From Actinomycetales bacterium (GTDB lineage: Bacteria; Actinomycetota; Actinomycetes; Actinomycetales; CAVURS01), in contig JBJMHS010000036.1 in NCBI GenBank assembly GCA_045807245.1, positions 303-64,302 on the forward strand: DNA of 64,000 nt. Reading direction: 5' to 3'. Of the stretch, positions 18,791 to 29,045 are shown one piece after another (positions within the stretch are counted from its first letter, which is position 1; every line of letters begins with the position of its first letter). The translations under genes and the position numbers were made by a program. Under the pieces are notes generated by a model that had not been told where the DNA came from, did not search any database, and worked only from the letters and a program-made list of their open reading frames with translations.

Positions 18791-19638
18791 CGCCACCACC
18801 GTCTCGCTCCCGTCGACTCCTGACCGGGTCGGCGGCCCTGGCCGGCGCGACCGTGCTGCTCCAGATCGCCTACCCGCTCACGAGCGACCGCCAGCTGGGT
18901 CGGCTCAGTGTGGTGACGGTCGTTGTCGCCTGCGGCGCCTGCGTGGTCCATGCGCTGGCCGAGTGGGGCCCGGTGCCGACAGTGGCCTTCACTGCGGTGG
19001 TCGTGGGCGGCGCCTTCGCCGTCGAGGCCCTCGGCGTCGCGACCGGCTTCCCGTTCGGTCACTACATGTATGCGCACAGCCTGGGTCCACTCCTGCTCGG
19101 CGTTCCACTGCTGGTGCCTCTGGCCTGGCTCATGATGGCCTACCCGTGCTTGCTGCTGAGCATCGAGCTGGCGCCGAACATCGTTGCGCCGCAACGCCTT
19201 CTGGCCACCACCGCCGTCTCAGCCCTGCTCGGCGGCGGCGCCATGGCGGCCTGGGACCTGTTCCTCGACCCGCAGATGGTGGCCGCCGGTCACTGGACCT
19301 GGCGCGACCCGACTCCGGCGCTGCCCGGGGTGGAGCGCGTTCCCCTCACCAACCTGGCCGGCTGGCTGCTCAGCGCGACAGTCCTCATGGCCGTGTCGAC
19401 CGCGCTGCTCCAGCGTCTGGGCACCTGGGCCGTCACCGGGCCGCTCGCTCGCCACCCGGACAACCGCCTGTCCTCGGCCACGCCGATGATCCTGCTCGGC
19501 TGGGCGTGGCTGGGCGGCATCGTGGCCAACGCGGTCTTCTTCGACCGGGCGGCCATCGCCGGCTGGGGCGGCCTGTTGCTCGGCGTACTGGTCCTGCCGT
19601 ACCTCGTCTCGGTCCTCGTCTCGGTCGGGGTGCGGTGA
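18787..19638 (+). CDS. cruF: Carotenoid 1,2-hydratase (CruF/DUF422 family)
   Basis: EALGVATGFPFGHYMY..LGP..GVPLLVPLAW, AWDLFLDP, VPLTNLAGW; ATGA overlap. Confidence 0.8.
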   Translation: MTPPPSRSRRLLTGSAALAGATVLLQIAYPLTSDRQLGRLSVVTVVVACGACVVHALAEWGPVPTVAFTAVVVGGAFAVEALGVATGFPFGHYMYAHSLGPLLLGVPLLVPLAWLMMAYPCLLLSIELAPNIVAPQRLLATTAVSALLGGGAMAAWDLFLDPQMVAAGHWTWRDPTPALPGVERVPLTNLAGWLLSATVLMAVSTALLQRLGTWAVTGPLARHPDNRLSSATPMILLGWAWLGGIVANAVFFDRAAIAGWGGLLLGVLVLPYLVSVLVSVGVR

Positions 19639-20783
19639 GCCGCATGACCCGCTCGCGGCTGGACCGCGCGGCTCGGCTCGCGACCATGACCGGCACCGCG
19701 GGCGCCCTGGCCCTCACCGCACACACGGCGATGAACCTGGCCCGCCTGCGACGCCCGGACCGCGACGCCGCCCCGGTTCGTGAGCCCGTGTCGGTGCTGC
19801 TCCCGGTCCGGGACGAGGCGCAACGGGTCGAGCCGGGCCTGCGGGCCCTGCTGGCCGCACTGGACCGGTGCGCCGCACCGGCCGAGCTGCTCGTCCTGGA
19901 CGACGGGTCGACCGACGGCACCGCTGACGTCGTACGCCGGGTGGCCGAGTCCCACCCCGGGCTGCGGCTGCTGACCGGCGAGCCGCTGCCACCGGGCTGG
20001 CTCGGCAAACCGCACGCCTGCGCTCAGCTGGCCGACGCGGCCTCGCCCGAGTCGACCGTCCTGGTGTTCGTCGACGCCGACACGGTGCTCGAGCCGTTCG
20101 CACTGAGCGCGGCGGTCGACCTGTTGCGGCGCAACGACCTGGACCTGGTCTGCCCCTACCCACGCCAGGTCGCCGAGTCCGTGGCTGAACGGCTGGTCCA
20201 GCCACTCCTTCAGTGGTCCTGGCTGACCACCCTGCCGCTGCGCCTGGCCGAGCGCTCGTCGCGGCCGTCATTGTCGGCCGGCAATGGTCAGTTCCTCGTC
20301 GTCGACCGGGCGACGTACCGGCGGGCGGGCGGTCACGCCGAGGTCCGGGGCGAGGTGCTGGACGACGTCGCCCTGGTCCGCGCGGTCAAGGCCGCCGGCG
20401 GCCGGGGCGGCATGGTCGACGGCACCGACCTCGCGAACTGCCGGATGTACCAGGGGTGGGCCGAGCTGCGCGACGGCTACGCCAAGTCCCTGTGGTCAGC
20501 CTTCGGTACGCCGAGCGGCGCCGCGGCCGTCAACGCCGGCCTCGTTCTCGTCTACGTCCTGCCGCCGCTCGCGGCCGTGCTGCGGCGGTCGCCCGTCGGA
20601 CTGGTCGGCTACGTCGCCGGCGTCGCAGGCCGGGTGCTGGTCGCGCGGCGTACCGGTGCCCGCGTGTGGCCGGACGCCCTCGCGCACCCGGCCTCGGTCA
20701 CCACCTTCGCCTGGCTCACCGCTCTGTCGTGGCGGCGTCACCGCCGCGGCGAGCTGACCTGGAAGGGCCGCCACCTCCCGTGA
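19635..20783 (+). CDS. GT2 glycosyltransferase, probable carotenoid glycosyltransferase (CruG/CrtQ-like)
   Basis: SVLLPVRDE, VLDDGSTDGT, GWLGKPHAC, FVDAD, GNGQF, CRMY, WKGR. Confidence 0.85.
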   Translation: MSRMTRSRLDRAARLATMTGTAGALALTAHTAMNLARLRRPDRDAAPVREPVSVLLPVRDEAQRVEPGLRALLAALDRCAAPAELLVLDDGSTDGTADVVRRVAESHPGLRLLTGEPLPPGWLGKPHACAQLADAASPESTVLVFVDADTVLEPFALSAAVDLLRRNDLDLVCPYPRQVAESVAERLVQPLLQWSWLTTLPLRLAERSSRPSLSAGNGQFLVVDRATYRRAGGHAEVRGEVLDDVALVRAVKAAGGRGGMVDGTDLANCRMYQGWAELRDGYAKSLWSAFGTPSGAAAVNAGLVLVYVLPPLAAVLRRSPVGLVGYVAGVAGRVLVARRTGARVWPDALAHPASVTTFAWLTALSWRRHRRGELTWKGRHLP

Positions 20784-20811
20784 GCGGGGCCCGCACCTAG
20801 ACTCGCGCGGC

Positions 20812-22323
20812 GTGGCCCATGTCGTCGTCGTCGGCGCCGGCATGGGTGGACTGGCCGTCGCGGCCCGGCTCGCGACCCTGGGGCACCGGGTGACGGTGTG
20901 CGAGCAGTCCGGTCAGGTCGGCGGCAAGCTCGGCTGGTTCCAGCGCGACGGTTTCGCGTTCGACACGGGGCCTTCGCTGCTGACTCTGCCCGCGGTCTAT
21001 CGCGACCTGTTCCTGAAGACGGGTGGTCCGCTCGAGGACGAGGTCGACCTCACGCCGGTTGACCCCGTGTGCCGCTACCGGTTCGCCGACGGGAGCAAGG
21101 TGGACCTGCCGAACGCATCCCGGTCCGGCGTCGCGGCGGCGCTCGACGGCGCGTTCGGCGGCGGGGCCGGTGACGACTGGACCGGCCTGATGGACCGGGC
21201 AGGCCGCATCTGGGACGTGACCCGGCGGCCGTTCCTCGAGCGCCCGCTGGACGGCTGGCGCACCCTGGCCCGGCTCTCACTCCGCGTCTCGGACCTGCGG
21301 ACAGTGGCTCCGTGGCGGTCCCTGCGTGGGCTCGGGTCGGCCTACCTGCGTGACCCGCACCTGCGCATGATGCTGGACCGCTACGCGACGTACACCGGTT
21401 CCGACCCGCGGCGGGCGCCGGCCGCACTGGCCACCGTGCCCTATGTCGAGCAGACGTTCGGCGCGTGGTACGTGCGCGGCGGCCTGCGCCGGCTCGGCGA
21501 GGCGTTGCACCAACGGGCGGTGGACCGCGGAGTCGTGGTGCGCCTGTCCAGCGGCGTCGCAGCGGTGGAGACGAACGGCGGGCGGGTCAGCGGCGTTCGT
21601 CTCGTGGACGGGGAGCAGATCCCGGCCGATGTCGTCGTGTCGGACGTCGACGCCCAGGTCTTGTACGCCGATCTGCTTGCGGCACAGGCGATCTCGGGAC
21701 CATTGCGCCGCATCGAGAGAGCCACGCCGTCGTTGTCGGGCTTCGTCCTGCTGCTGGCGCTGCGCGGACGCACGCCCGGCCTGGCGCATCACAGCGTGCT
21801 GTTCCCCTCGGACTACGACGACGAGTTCGACTCGGTGTTCGGGTCTGGACCGCACAACGGAAGCCCACGGCCGGCACCGGACCCGACGATCTACGTCAGC
21901 GCACCGGACGATGCCGCGCTCCGCCCGGACGACGATCACGAGAGCTGGTTCGTGCTGGTCAACGCGCCGCGTCACGACCCCGCCGACCGGGGCCGCGGCG
22001 TGGACTGGGACGAGGCGGGCCGGGCCGCGTCGTACGCCGACCACATCCTCGCCCTGATGGCCGCCCGCGGCCTCGATGTGCGGGATCGCCTGCTGTGGAA
22101 GGAGATCCGTACGCCGGCCGACCTCGAGCGAGCGACCGGCAGCCGCGGTGGCGCGATCTACGGTACGTCGAGCAACGGGCTCCGGGCGGCGTTCCTGCGC
22201 CCGGCCAACCGGTCCCCCGTCTCCGGGCTGTTCCTGGTCGGCGGATCTGCCCACCCGGGCGGTGGGCTGCCGCTGGTCGGGCTGTCGGCCGCGATCGTCG
22301 CGGAGATGGTCGGCCGGGCCTGA
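20812..22323 (+). CDS. CrtI-family FAD desaturase, probably CrtD-type 3,4-desaturase
   Basis: VVVGAGMGGL, FDTGPSLLTLP, GAIYG..SNG..AFLRPAN, GGSAHPGGGLPLV; next to cruF and GT. Confidence 0.75.
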   Translation: MAHVVVVGAGMGGLAVAARLATLGHRVTVCEQSGQVGGKLGWFQRDGFAFDTGPSLLTLPAVYRDLFLKTGGPLEDEVDLTPVDPVCRYRFADGSKVDLPNASRSGVAAALDGAFGGGAGDDWTGLMDRAGRIWDVTRRPFLERPLDGWRTLARLSLRVSDLRTVAPWRSLRGLGSAYLRDPHLRMMLDRYATYTGSDPRRAPAALATVPYVEQTFGAWYVRGGLRRLGEALHQRAVDRGVVVRLSSGVAAVETNGGRVSGVRLVDGEQIPADVVVSDVDAQVLYADLLAAQAISGPLRRIERATPSLSGFVLLLALRGRTPGLAHHSVLFPSDYDDEFDSVFGSGPHNGSPRPAPDPTIYVSAPDDAALRPDDDHESWFVLVNAPRHDPADRGRGVDWDEAGRAASYADHILALMAARGLDVRDRLLWKEIRTPADLERATGSRGGAIYGTSSNGLRAAFLRPANRSPVSGLFLVGGSAHPGGGLPLVGLSAAIVAEMVGRA

Positions 22324-22350
22324 CCAACCCAGCGACTCGGCCGTCGTCGC

Positions 22351-23034
22351 TCAGGTGAGGCGACGCCGTACCACGAACATCAGCTGGGTCAGGCCGCCTG
22401 CCGCGGTGAGCGTCCCGACGGCCCCGCCGACGACGGCGACGTCACTGCCGCGGGAGGAGATCACTCCGGCGACGAGGAGCGTGACGAAGGTGACGATGAC
22501 CCGGGTCGGCCGCTCCCCTACGGTGACGACGTCGAGCGGCTCGCCCATCAGGGCCTGCCCGCGCGCTCGGGTGTACTCCGTCAGTGAGGACAGGCCGACC
22601 CACGCCAGCACCAGCCACACCGGTGCGCCGAGGACCCAGAGCGCCCCTCCGTAGGCCGCATCAGCGAGCCGGTCGCAGACTGCGTCGAGGACGGCACCCC
22701 ACGACGTGACCCGGTCGGTCATCACCGCGACAGCGCCGTCCAGGCTGTCGAACAGCGCCGACGTCAACACCAGAACCGCTGCGGCCAAAGCCCATTCGTC
22801 GCCCGTCCAGGTCACCAACGGGACCGTCCCGGCCGCGACCAGACCGGCCAGCGTGACTGCCGAAGGAGGCACGCGCGCCGCCGCGAACGGGCGAGCCGCC
22901 ACGTAGACGAGGGACAGCCACCCGCGGACGAAGAGGACGCCGTCCGGCTCGATGCCGTCGTGCAGCACGGACCACCGACGGAGGAAGGCGGCCCGGTCCA
23001 GGGTCAACGGTCGGTCAGCCTTCGGCCCGCGCAC
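22351..23034 (-). CDS. CDP-alcohol phosphatidyltransferase family protein
   Basis: DSLDGAVA...GAVLDAVCD signature; EYTRAR, ERPTR; start uncertain. Confidence 0.85.
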   Translation of the reverse strand: MRGPKADRPLTLDRAAFLRRWSVLHDGIEPDGVLFVRGWLSLVYVAARPFAAARVPPSAVTLAGLVAAGTVPLVTWTGDEWALAAAVLVLTSALFDSLDGAVAVMTDRVTSWGAVLDAVCDRLADAAYGGALWVLGAPVWLVLAWVGLSSLTEYTRARGQALMGEPLDVVTVGERPTRVIVTFVTLLVAGVISSRGSDVAVVGGAVGTLTAAGGLTQLMFVVRRRLT

Positions 23035-23947
23035 CGGCGAGGCCGAGCTGCTCGAAGATCTCCAATGACGATGTCGACCGGTTCAACGTGATGAAGTGCA
23101 GCCCGGGCACGCCCTCGCTCAACAGCCGCTCGCACAGCGCCGTCGCATGCTCGACCCCGATCGCCCGGACGGCGTCGGCGTCGTCCTCGACCGCGTGCAG
23201 CCGCTCGGCCAGGTCGGCCGGGAACGTCGCGTTGGACAGGATCGCGAACCGCTCGATCTGCCCGACGTTCGTCACGGGCATGATCCCCGGGATGATCGGG
23301 ACCTCGGAACCGGCGGCGACGACCCGGTCTCGCAGGCGGAGGTAGTCGTCCGCCGAGAAGAACATCTGGGTGATGGCGAAGTCGGCACCCGCGCGAACCT
23401 TGGCGACGAAGTGCTGGATGTCGCTGTCCCAGTCCGGCGAGCGCGGATGCCGCTCGGGGAAGGCCGCGACGCCGACGCAGAAGTCCCCCGACGCCTTGAT
23501 GAGCGCGACGAGCTGCTCGGCGTACTGGAGCCCGTCGGGGTGGGCCAGCCACTCCGCTCGCGGGTCGCCGGGAGGGTCGCCGCGCAGCGCCAGCACGTTC
23601 CGGACACCGGCCGCTGCGAACCCGCCGACGATCCGGCGCAGCTCCGCGACCGAGTGGTTGACGGTGGTCAGGTGCCCGACCGGACGGAGCGTCGTGTCTC
23701 GTGCCATCCGCTCGACCACGCCCAGGGTGCGCTCGCGGGTCGACCCGCCCGCGCCGTACGTCACGGAGACGAAGGTGGGGTGCAGCGGCTCCAAGCGGCG
23801 GATCGCGTCCCACAGCGTCCGCTCGCCCGCATCGGTCTTCGGCGGGAAGAACTCGAACGAGTACGACGGCACCCCCGCCGCGATCAGCTCGCGGAGGCTC
23901 TCGTGAACAGTCGGCTCGCTGACCGTCTGCGAGCGTGCGCTCACCAT
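23015..23947 (-). CDS. metF: 5,10-methylenetetrahydrofolate reductase
   Basis: [46 protein letters not shown]. Confidence 0.93.
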   Translation of the reverse strand: MVSARSQTVSEPTVHESLRELIAAGVPSYSFEFFPPKTDAGERTLWDAIRRLEPLHPTFVSVTYGAGGSTRERTLGVVERMARDTTLRPVGHLTTVNHSVAELRRIVGGFAAAGVRNVLALRGDPPGDPRAEWLAHPDGLQYAEQLVALIKASGDFCVGVAAFPERHPRSPDWDSDIQHFVAKVRAGADFAITQMFFSADDYLRLRDRVVAAGSEVPIIPGIMPVTNVGQIERFAILSNATFPADLAERLHAVEDDADAVRAIGVEHATALCERLLSEGVPGLHFITLNRSTSSLEIFEQLGLAGARAEG

Positions 23948-24034
23948 GCGACCCAGGGTAGATCGAGGGCCCGGCAAAGCGTTGCGACCGACCGAGCCGT
24001 GGACAGGTGGACCACCTACCCTCAGGACGTGGAC

Positions 24035-25111
24035 ATGCCGTCGCCGCTGGACGTCGAGGACCTGCGCTCCCGGGTGCAGAAGGTCATCGACGACCACCTC
24101 TCGCTGCAGGAGCGGCGGCTGGACGAGGTAGGCCCGGACCTGGCGGTGCTGGTCGAGGGGATCCGCGAGCTGCTCTCCGGCGGCAAGCGGCTGCGGCCGG
24201 CCTTCTGCTACTGGGGCTGGCGGGGCCTGGGGGGCGAGGACTGCGCAGAGATCGTCAACGCGGCCACCGGGCTCGAGCTGTTCCAGGCGGCGGCGCTGCT
24301 GCACGACGACGTCATGGACGGCAGCGCGATGCGGCGCGGGCGGCCGGCCATGCACCAGCACGTGGCGGGCATCCACACCGCCTTGGGCTGGTCCGGCGAC
24401 AGCGCGCGGTTCGGTGCGGCGGCCGCCACTTTGGCCGGCGACCTCTGCCTGGTCTGGAGCGACGAGCTGCTCGCGACGAGCGGTCTGCGGCCCGACCAGC
24501 TGGCGGCCGGCCGGGCGGTGTTCGACACCATGCGGACCCAGCTCATGGGCGGCCAGTACCTCGACGTCCTCGAACAGGCTGCGGCCGAGCAGCAGGGCGG
24601 CGCGGACGTGGAACGGGCCCTGCAGGTGCTGCGGTTCAAGTCGGCCAAGTACACCGTGGAGCACCCTCTGCTCCTCGGGGCCTCGATGGCGGGGGCGTCC
24701 GGGGAGGTGCTGGCCGGGCTCTCGTCGTACGGGCTGCCGCTCGGCGAGGCGTTCCAGCTGCGGGACGACGTCCTGGGCGTGTTCGGGGACCCCGAGGTGA
24801 CGGGCAAGCCGGCCGGGGACGACCTGCGCGAGGGCAAGCGCACGGTGCTCGTAGCCCAGGTACGGCGGCTGGGCACCGCGGCCGAACAGGCGGTCGTGTC
24901 AGTGCATCTCGGCGACCCTGCGCTGACCGATGCCGGGGTGCAGGAGGTGCGTGCGGCCATGGTGTCCAGCGGTGCGCTCGACAGCGTCGAGGCCATGATC
25001 GACGAACGGGCCGAGCGGGCGCGTGCCGCCCTGCGCCGGGTACCGCTCCAGGAGCCGGCCACGGAGGTGCTCGAGGCGCTCGTCGGCACCGCCACCGCGC
25101 GGCAGGCGTGA
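24035..25111 (+). CDS. crtE: Geranylgeranyl diphosphate (polyprenyl) synthase
   Basis: [44 protein letters not shown]. Confidence 0.85.
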   Translation: MPSPLDVEDLRSRVQKVIDDHLSLQERRLDEVGPDLAVLVEGIRELLSGGKRLRPAFCYWGWRGLGGEDCAEIVNAATGLELFQAAALLHDDVMDGSAMRRGRPAMHQHVAGIHTALGWSGDSARFGAAAATLAGDLCLVWSDELLATSGLRPDQLAAGRAVFDTMRTQLMGGQYLDVLEQAAAEQQGGADVERALQVLRFKSAKYTVEHPLLLGASMAGASGEVLAGLSSYGLPLGEAFQLRDDVLGVFGDPEVTGKPAGDDLREGKRTVLVAQVRRLGTAAEQAVVSVHLGDPALTDAGVQEVRAAMVSSGALDSVEAMIDERAERARAALRRVPLQEPATEVLEALVGTATARQA

Positions 25112-26643
25112 TGCCGGGCCGGCGTCGCCGGGACCGACCTCGCCGAGTCAGCGGACCTACCGATCGGGTGGTCGTGGTCGGGGCCGGCCTGTCCGGTCTG
25201 TCGGCGGCCATGCGGCTGGCCGGGGCGGGGCGCGAGGTCACGGTGCTGGAGTCGGCATCCGTGCCGGGCGGTCGGGCCGGGCTGCTCGAGCTGGCGGCCC
25301 TCGATGGAGCAGGCACGTACCGGATCGACCCCGGCCCGACCGTGCTGACCATGCCCAGCCTGATCGACGACTGCTTCGACGCGCTCGGCGAGCGCAGGTC
25401 GGACTGGCTCGAGCTGCGCCGGGTCGAGCCGGCGTACCGGGCCCACTTCGCCGACGGCTCGCGCCTCGACGTGCACACGGATGTCGAGCGGATGGCGGCC
25501 GAGGTGGCGGCGGTCTGCGGTGGGGCGGCAGCCGACGGCTATCGCCGCTACGTCGAGTTCGTGACCCGGCTGTACCGCTGGGAGATGCGCAGCTTCATCG
25601 ACCGCAACGTCGACTCGCCCCTGGACCTCATGCGACCGGACCTCGTGCGACTGGCCGTCGCGGGCGGGTTCCGGCGGCTCGCACCGGTGCTCGCGTCGTA
25701 CCTGCCGGACGAGCGGCTGCAGCGCGTCTTCGGGTTCCAGGCGATGTACGCCGGACTGTCGCCGTACGAGGCGTTGGCCATCTACGCGGTGATCTCCTAC
25801 ATGGATTCCGTTGCGGGCGTGTGGTTCCCGGTCGGCGGTATGCACGCGCTGCCGGTTGCGATGGCTGCTGCCGCGACGTCGCACGGTGTCAAGGTGCGTT
25901 ACGACACACGGGTCGTCTCGATCGAGCGCCGGGGTGAACGCGCGGTCGGTGTCGTGACGGCTCACGGCGAGCACGTGCCCGCGGACGTCGTCGTGGTGAC
26001 GGCCGACCTGCCCGTGGCGTACCGCGAGCTGCTCGGGACAGAGCTGCGCCGGTTGCGCTACTCACCGTCGTGCTGGCTGATGCTGGCGGGCTCGCGACGC
26101 AAGGACGCCCGCGCGGTGCATCACGAGATCCACTTCGGGGCGGCGTGGCGGCGGACCTTCGAGGAGATCCTGGGCGGACGGCTGCAGTCGGATCCTTCGC
26201 TGCTGGTGAGCACGCCGACCGTCACCGACCGCGAGCTCGCCCCACCTGGCCGGTCGGTCCACTATGTGCTCGTCCCGACGCCGAACCTGGACGGTCCGGT
26301 CGACTGGGCAGCGGTGGGGCCGGCGTACCGGCAGCACGTGCTCGGTGTGCTGGAGCAGCGGGGCTACGGCGGGTTCGAGAGCGGGGTCGAGGTGGAGTCG
26401 GTCGTCACGCCGGCCGACTGGGCGGCACGTGGCATGGAGCGTGGGACGCCCTTCGCCGCGGCGCACACGTTCGGCCAGACCGGGCCGTTCCGCCCGGGCA
26501 ACCTGCTCGGCGAGAACGTCGTGTTCGCCGGGTCAGGAACCGTGCCGGGGGTCGGCGTGCCGATGGTGCTGGTGAGCGGACGGCTGGCCGCCGAGCGGGT
26601 CACCGGCCCGGACCCGGCCTACCGCTCTCGCGCTTACCCCTGA
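25111..26643 (+). CDS. crtI: Phytoene desaturase
   Basis: VVVGAGLSGL, DPGPTVLTMP, FQAMYAG, AHTFGQTGPFRP, GSGTVPGVGVPMVLVSG. Confidence 0.9.
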   Translation: MPGRRRRDRPRRVSGPTDRVVVVGAGLSGLSAAMRLAGAGREVTVLESASVPGGRAGLLELAALDGAGTYRIDPGPTVLTMPSLIDDCFDALGERRSDWLELRRVEPAYRAHFADGSRLDVHTDVERMAAEVAAVCGGAAADGYRRYVEFVTRLYRWEMRSFIDRNVDSPLDLMRPDLVRLAVAGGFRRLAPVLASYLPDERLQRVFGFQAMYAGLSPYEALAIYAVISYMDSVAGVWFPVGGMHALPVAMAAAATSHGVKVRYDTRVVSIERRGERAVGVVTAHGEHVPADVVVVTADLPVAYRELLGTELRRLRYSPSCWLMLAGSRRKDARAVHHEIHFGAAWRRTFEEILGGRLQSDPSLLVSTPTVTDRELAPPGRSVHYVLVPTPNLDGPVDWAAVGPAYRQHVLGVLEQRGYGGFESGVEVESVVTPADWAARGMERGTPFAAAHTFGQTGPFRPGNLLGENVVFAGSGTVPGVGVPMVLVSGRLAAERVTGPDPAYRSRAYP

Positions 26644-26728
26644 CAGTCCGTCGAATGGGCGCCCACGACACGCCGCCCCTCGACCGTCAATGACCGGCGT
26701 GGCCCGAGTCTGGGTCGACGGAGTGTCA
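26641..26728. repeat. 88-nt palindromic (REP-like) unit, copy 1, at the 3' end of the DUF559 gene
   Basis: cctgacagtccgtcga (26639-26654) pairs with tcgacggagtgtcagg (26715-26730), 15/16; inner cacgccg/cggcgtg stem. Confidence 0.7.
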
Positions 26729-27583
26729 GGCCGGGCGGGCCGGGTGGAACCACAGCGGCGGGTGTCCGCGATCCAGTGTCTCGGCCACGACGGCGCTGAA
26801 CCACCTCCGGCGACGGAGCAGGTCGCCATACGTGAAGCGAAGCACCACAAAGCCGAGGCGAGTGAGCTCGGCATCGCGCCGTCTGTCCTCCCGGAATGTC
26901 TCGCGGTGGTGCGCCCAGCCGTCGAGCTCGAGCACCAACCACCGAGCCACAACGAGGTCCACCCAGCCGACCTGGTCCACGTAGACCTGGCTCGCGACGT
27001 CGACCTGGCCATCCAGCCGCAGCTGGACCCGTGCCACCGACTCCAGGACCGACTGGGCGGCGGGGTCCGCCAGCGACATGACCCGCGCCGAACGGGCCGA
27101 GCGCGGGCCAGCGCGGGTGATGCGACTCAGATCAGAGGCGTCCACACGTCCCGCCCGTAGGGCCGAGTCGACGACAGCCACTGCCTCGGGCAGCGGCAGA
27201 CAGATCGTGCAGTCATGGAGCACGGCATCCAGGGCCACCAGTCGGCCCGGTCCTCGACCCCAGGGATGCCGGACCACGGTGCGGTCACGCAGATCGGGAC
27301 GGGGAGCGGCAATGGTTCGCACATGGACCTCTCCGTCGTCGTGGAAAGTTTCCAGTCCATGGGCACGAGCCCCAGTCCCGCACGTGAGCTGACCGCTGGC
27401 GACGACCGCACGCACCACGGGTGTGGCGACCATCTCGGGCCGGCAGAAGACTCCACGCGCTGGGCGCGCGATGCTTCCCGCCGTCGCCAACGCCAGCAGC
27501 GAGCCTCGACTGACTCCCAGTCGCGCCAGGTCGGCCCAGCGGGCGACCCCGCCGCTCAGGTCGAGGGCCGCGAGGGGATGCAC
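26726..27583 (-). CDS. AbiEi-like N-terminal domain / DUF559 (Vsr-like PD-(D/E)xK) endonuclease protein
   Basis: GGVARWADL..ARGVF N-terminus; AVVDSAL, AQSVLESVARV, WVDLVV..LVLELDGWAHH..DRRRDAELTRLGFVVLRFTY. Confidence 0.8.
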   Translation of the reverse strand: MHPLAALDLSGGVARWADLARLGVSRGSLLALATAGSIARPARGVFCRPEMVATPVVRAVVASGQLTCGTGARAHGLETFHDDGEVHVRTIAAPRPDLRDRTVVRHPWGRGPGRLVALDAVLHDCTICLPLPEAVAVVDSALRAGRVDASDLSRITRAGPRSARSARVMSLADPAAQSVLESVARVQLRLDGQVDVASQVYVDQVGWVDLVVARWLVLELDGWAHHRETFREDRRRDAELTRLGFVVLRFTYGDLLRRRRWFSAVVAETLDRGHPPLWFHPARPA

Positions 27584-27635
27584 CGGTGGACCATCCCGTA
27601 GATCCCCAGACACCGTCGGCGTCCATCCACACCCG

Positions 27636-27723
27636 TGAAAGTTCGTCGAGAGGCAGCGGCGACACGCGGCCGGAGCACCCGCAGATGCGCGGCGCGTCTC
27701 ATTGTTGGCACGACGCAATGTCG
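27636..27723. repeat. 88-nt palindromic (REP-like) unit, diverged copy 2, upstream of the DUF559 gene
   Basis: tgaaagttcgtcga...cgacacgcggcc...cggcgcg...cgacgcaatgtcg aligns end-to-end with copy 1. Confidence 0.6.
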
Positions 27724-27778
27724 AGGACGAAGCGCGTCAGCGGGCAAGGGTTGCGCACCGGGCCGGGACAATGAGGGC

Positions 27779-28708
27779 GTGGTCCATCCCGCGCACTCTC
27801 ACGCCCTGACGAGTGCCGGCATCGACGACCCGGAGCTGCGCGCGTCCTACCAGCTGTGCCGCCAGCTGGCGGCCGAGCACGGCAAGACCTACTACCTGGC
27901 CACCTGGCTGCTGCCGCCGGCGAAGCGCCCGCACGTCTGGGCGCTCTACGGTTTCGCGCGCTGGGCGGACGAGTTCGTCGACTCGATGACCCACCCCGAC
28001 CCGGAGGGCCTGCTCGTCTGGGGCAAGCAGGCCCTTGACGACCTGGTCCGCGGTCAGTCCGACGACCCGGTCGTCAAGGCCACCGCGCACACCGTGCGCA
28101 GCCTGGACCTCGACGTCGAGCTGTTCGAGACGTTCCTGGCGTCCATGCGGATGGACATCACCGTGACGGCCTACCCGACCTTCGCGGAGCTGCAGCGCTA
28201 CACCCGCGGCTCGGCCATGGTGATCGGCCTCATGATGCTGCCGGTGCTGGGGCCGCTCACGACGGAGGCGGCAGCACCGGCGGAGGCTCTGGGCGAGGCA
28301 TTCCAGCTGACCAACTTCATCCGGGACGTCCCCGAGGACCTGGCCCGTGGCCGGATCTACCTGCCGCAGGAGGACCTCGACCGCTACGGCGTGACCCGGG
28401 CCGATCTGGTCCGCGGCGTCGTGACCGAGCCGGTCCGCCGGCTGCTGGCGTTCGAGGTCGATCGCACCCGTGCCCTCTACGAGCGGGCCCGCCCCGGCGT
28501 CGCCCTGGTCGAGCCGGCCAGCCGCCCGTGCCTGCGCACGGCGATCGAGCTGTACGGCGGCATCCTCGACGAGGTGGAGCGCGCGGGCTACGACGTCTTC
28601 CGCAGCCGCCTCGCCGTCCCGAACCGGCGCCGAGCATCGGTCGCGGTCCCGGCCTGGGTCAGCTCCCTGCGAGCCCGTCGCGACGCCGCGCGCTGGCGCC
28701 AGACCTGA
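27779..28708 (+). CDS. crtB: Phytoene synthase
   Basis: HGKTYY, ALYGFARWADEFVD, SMRMD, GEAFQLTNFIRDVPEDLARGRIYLP. Confidence 0.92.
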   Translation: MVHPAHSHALTSAGIDDPELRASYQLCRQLAAEHGKTYYLATWLLPPAKRPHVWALYGFARWADEFVDSMTHPDPEGLLVWGKQALDDLVRGQSDDPVVKATAHTVRSLDLDVELFETFLASMRMDITVTAYPTFAELQRYTRGSAMVIGLMMLPVLGPLTTEAAAPAEALGEAFQLTNFIRDVPEDLARGRIYLPQEDLDRYGVTRADLVRGVVTEPVRRLLAFEVDRTRALYERARPGVALVEPASRPCLRTAIELYGGILDEVERAGYDVFRSRLAVPNRRRASVAVPAWVSSLRARRDAARWRQT

Positions 28709-29045
28709 CCGACGCCGACGGGTCCACGCCGCGCCGCCCCCAGAACATCCACCAGGCCAAGGTCTGCAGCACCAGCGCAAACCCGAAGCCGATGTCCTCG
28801 ACCGGCGCGTACAGAACCCGACCGTCCCCGAACGCCACCGCCCCTGACCCGCCGATCACAGAGTCTCCCGAGTACGCGACGATCCCCCGGCCGGTCAGCC
28901 ACCCGTTCGTCAGGAGCTGGAAGCCGAGCATGATCGCGTACGCCACCCAGAACGCCCGCCGCCCCAGCAGCCTGGTCCGCAGCACCACCAGGTCGAGCCC
29001 GCACGACAGCCCGACCGCCACCACGGCCAACAGGGAGTAGCTCAC
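28659..29045 (-). CDS. crtYd: Heterodimeric lycopene cyclase subunit
   Basis: Small membrane protein; FQLLTNGWLTG, APVEDIGFGF (PxE(D/E) motif). Confidence 0.75.
   Translation of the reverse strand: MSYSLLAVVAVGLSCGLDLVVLRTRLLGRRAFWVAYAIMLGFQLLTNGWLTGRGIVAYSGDSVIGGSGAVAFGDGRVLYAPVEDIGFGFALVLQTLAWWMFWGRRGVDPSASVRSGASARRRDGLAGS

Noticed and set aside
23948..24034. SAM riboswitch upstream of metF
   Set aside because: Intergenic space is only about 87 nt and holds divergent -10 elements directly before both start codons
24007..26643. Apparent fusions suggested by the ORF track (878-aa crtI, 549-aa metF, 1526-aa dnaE2, 663-aa pfkA, 712-aa qcrB)
   Set aside because: N-terminal extensions are stop-free read-through overlapping neighbouring genes; true starts are internal
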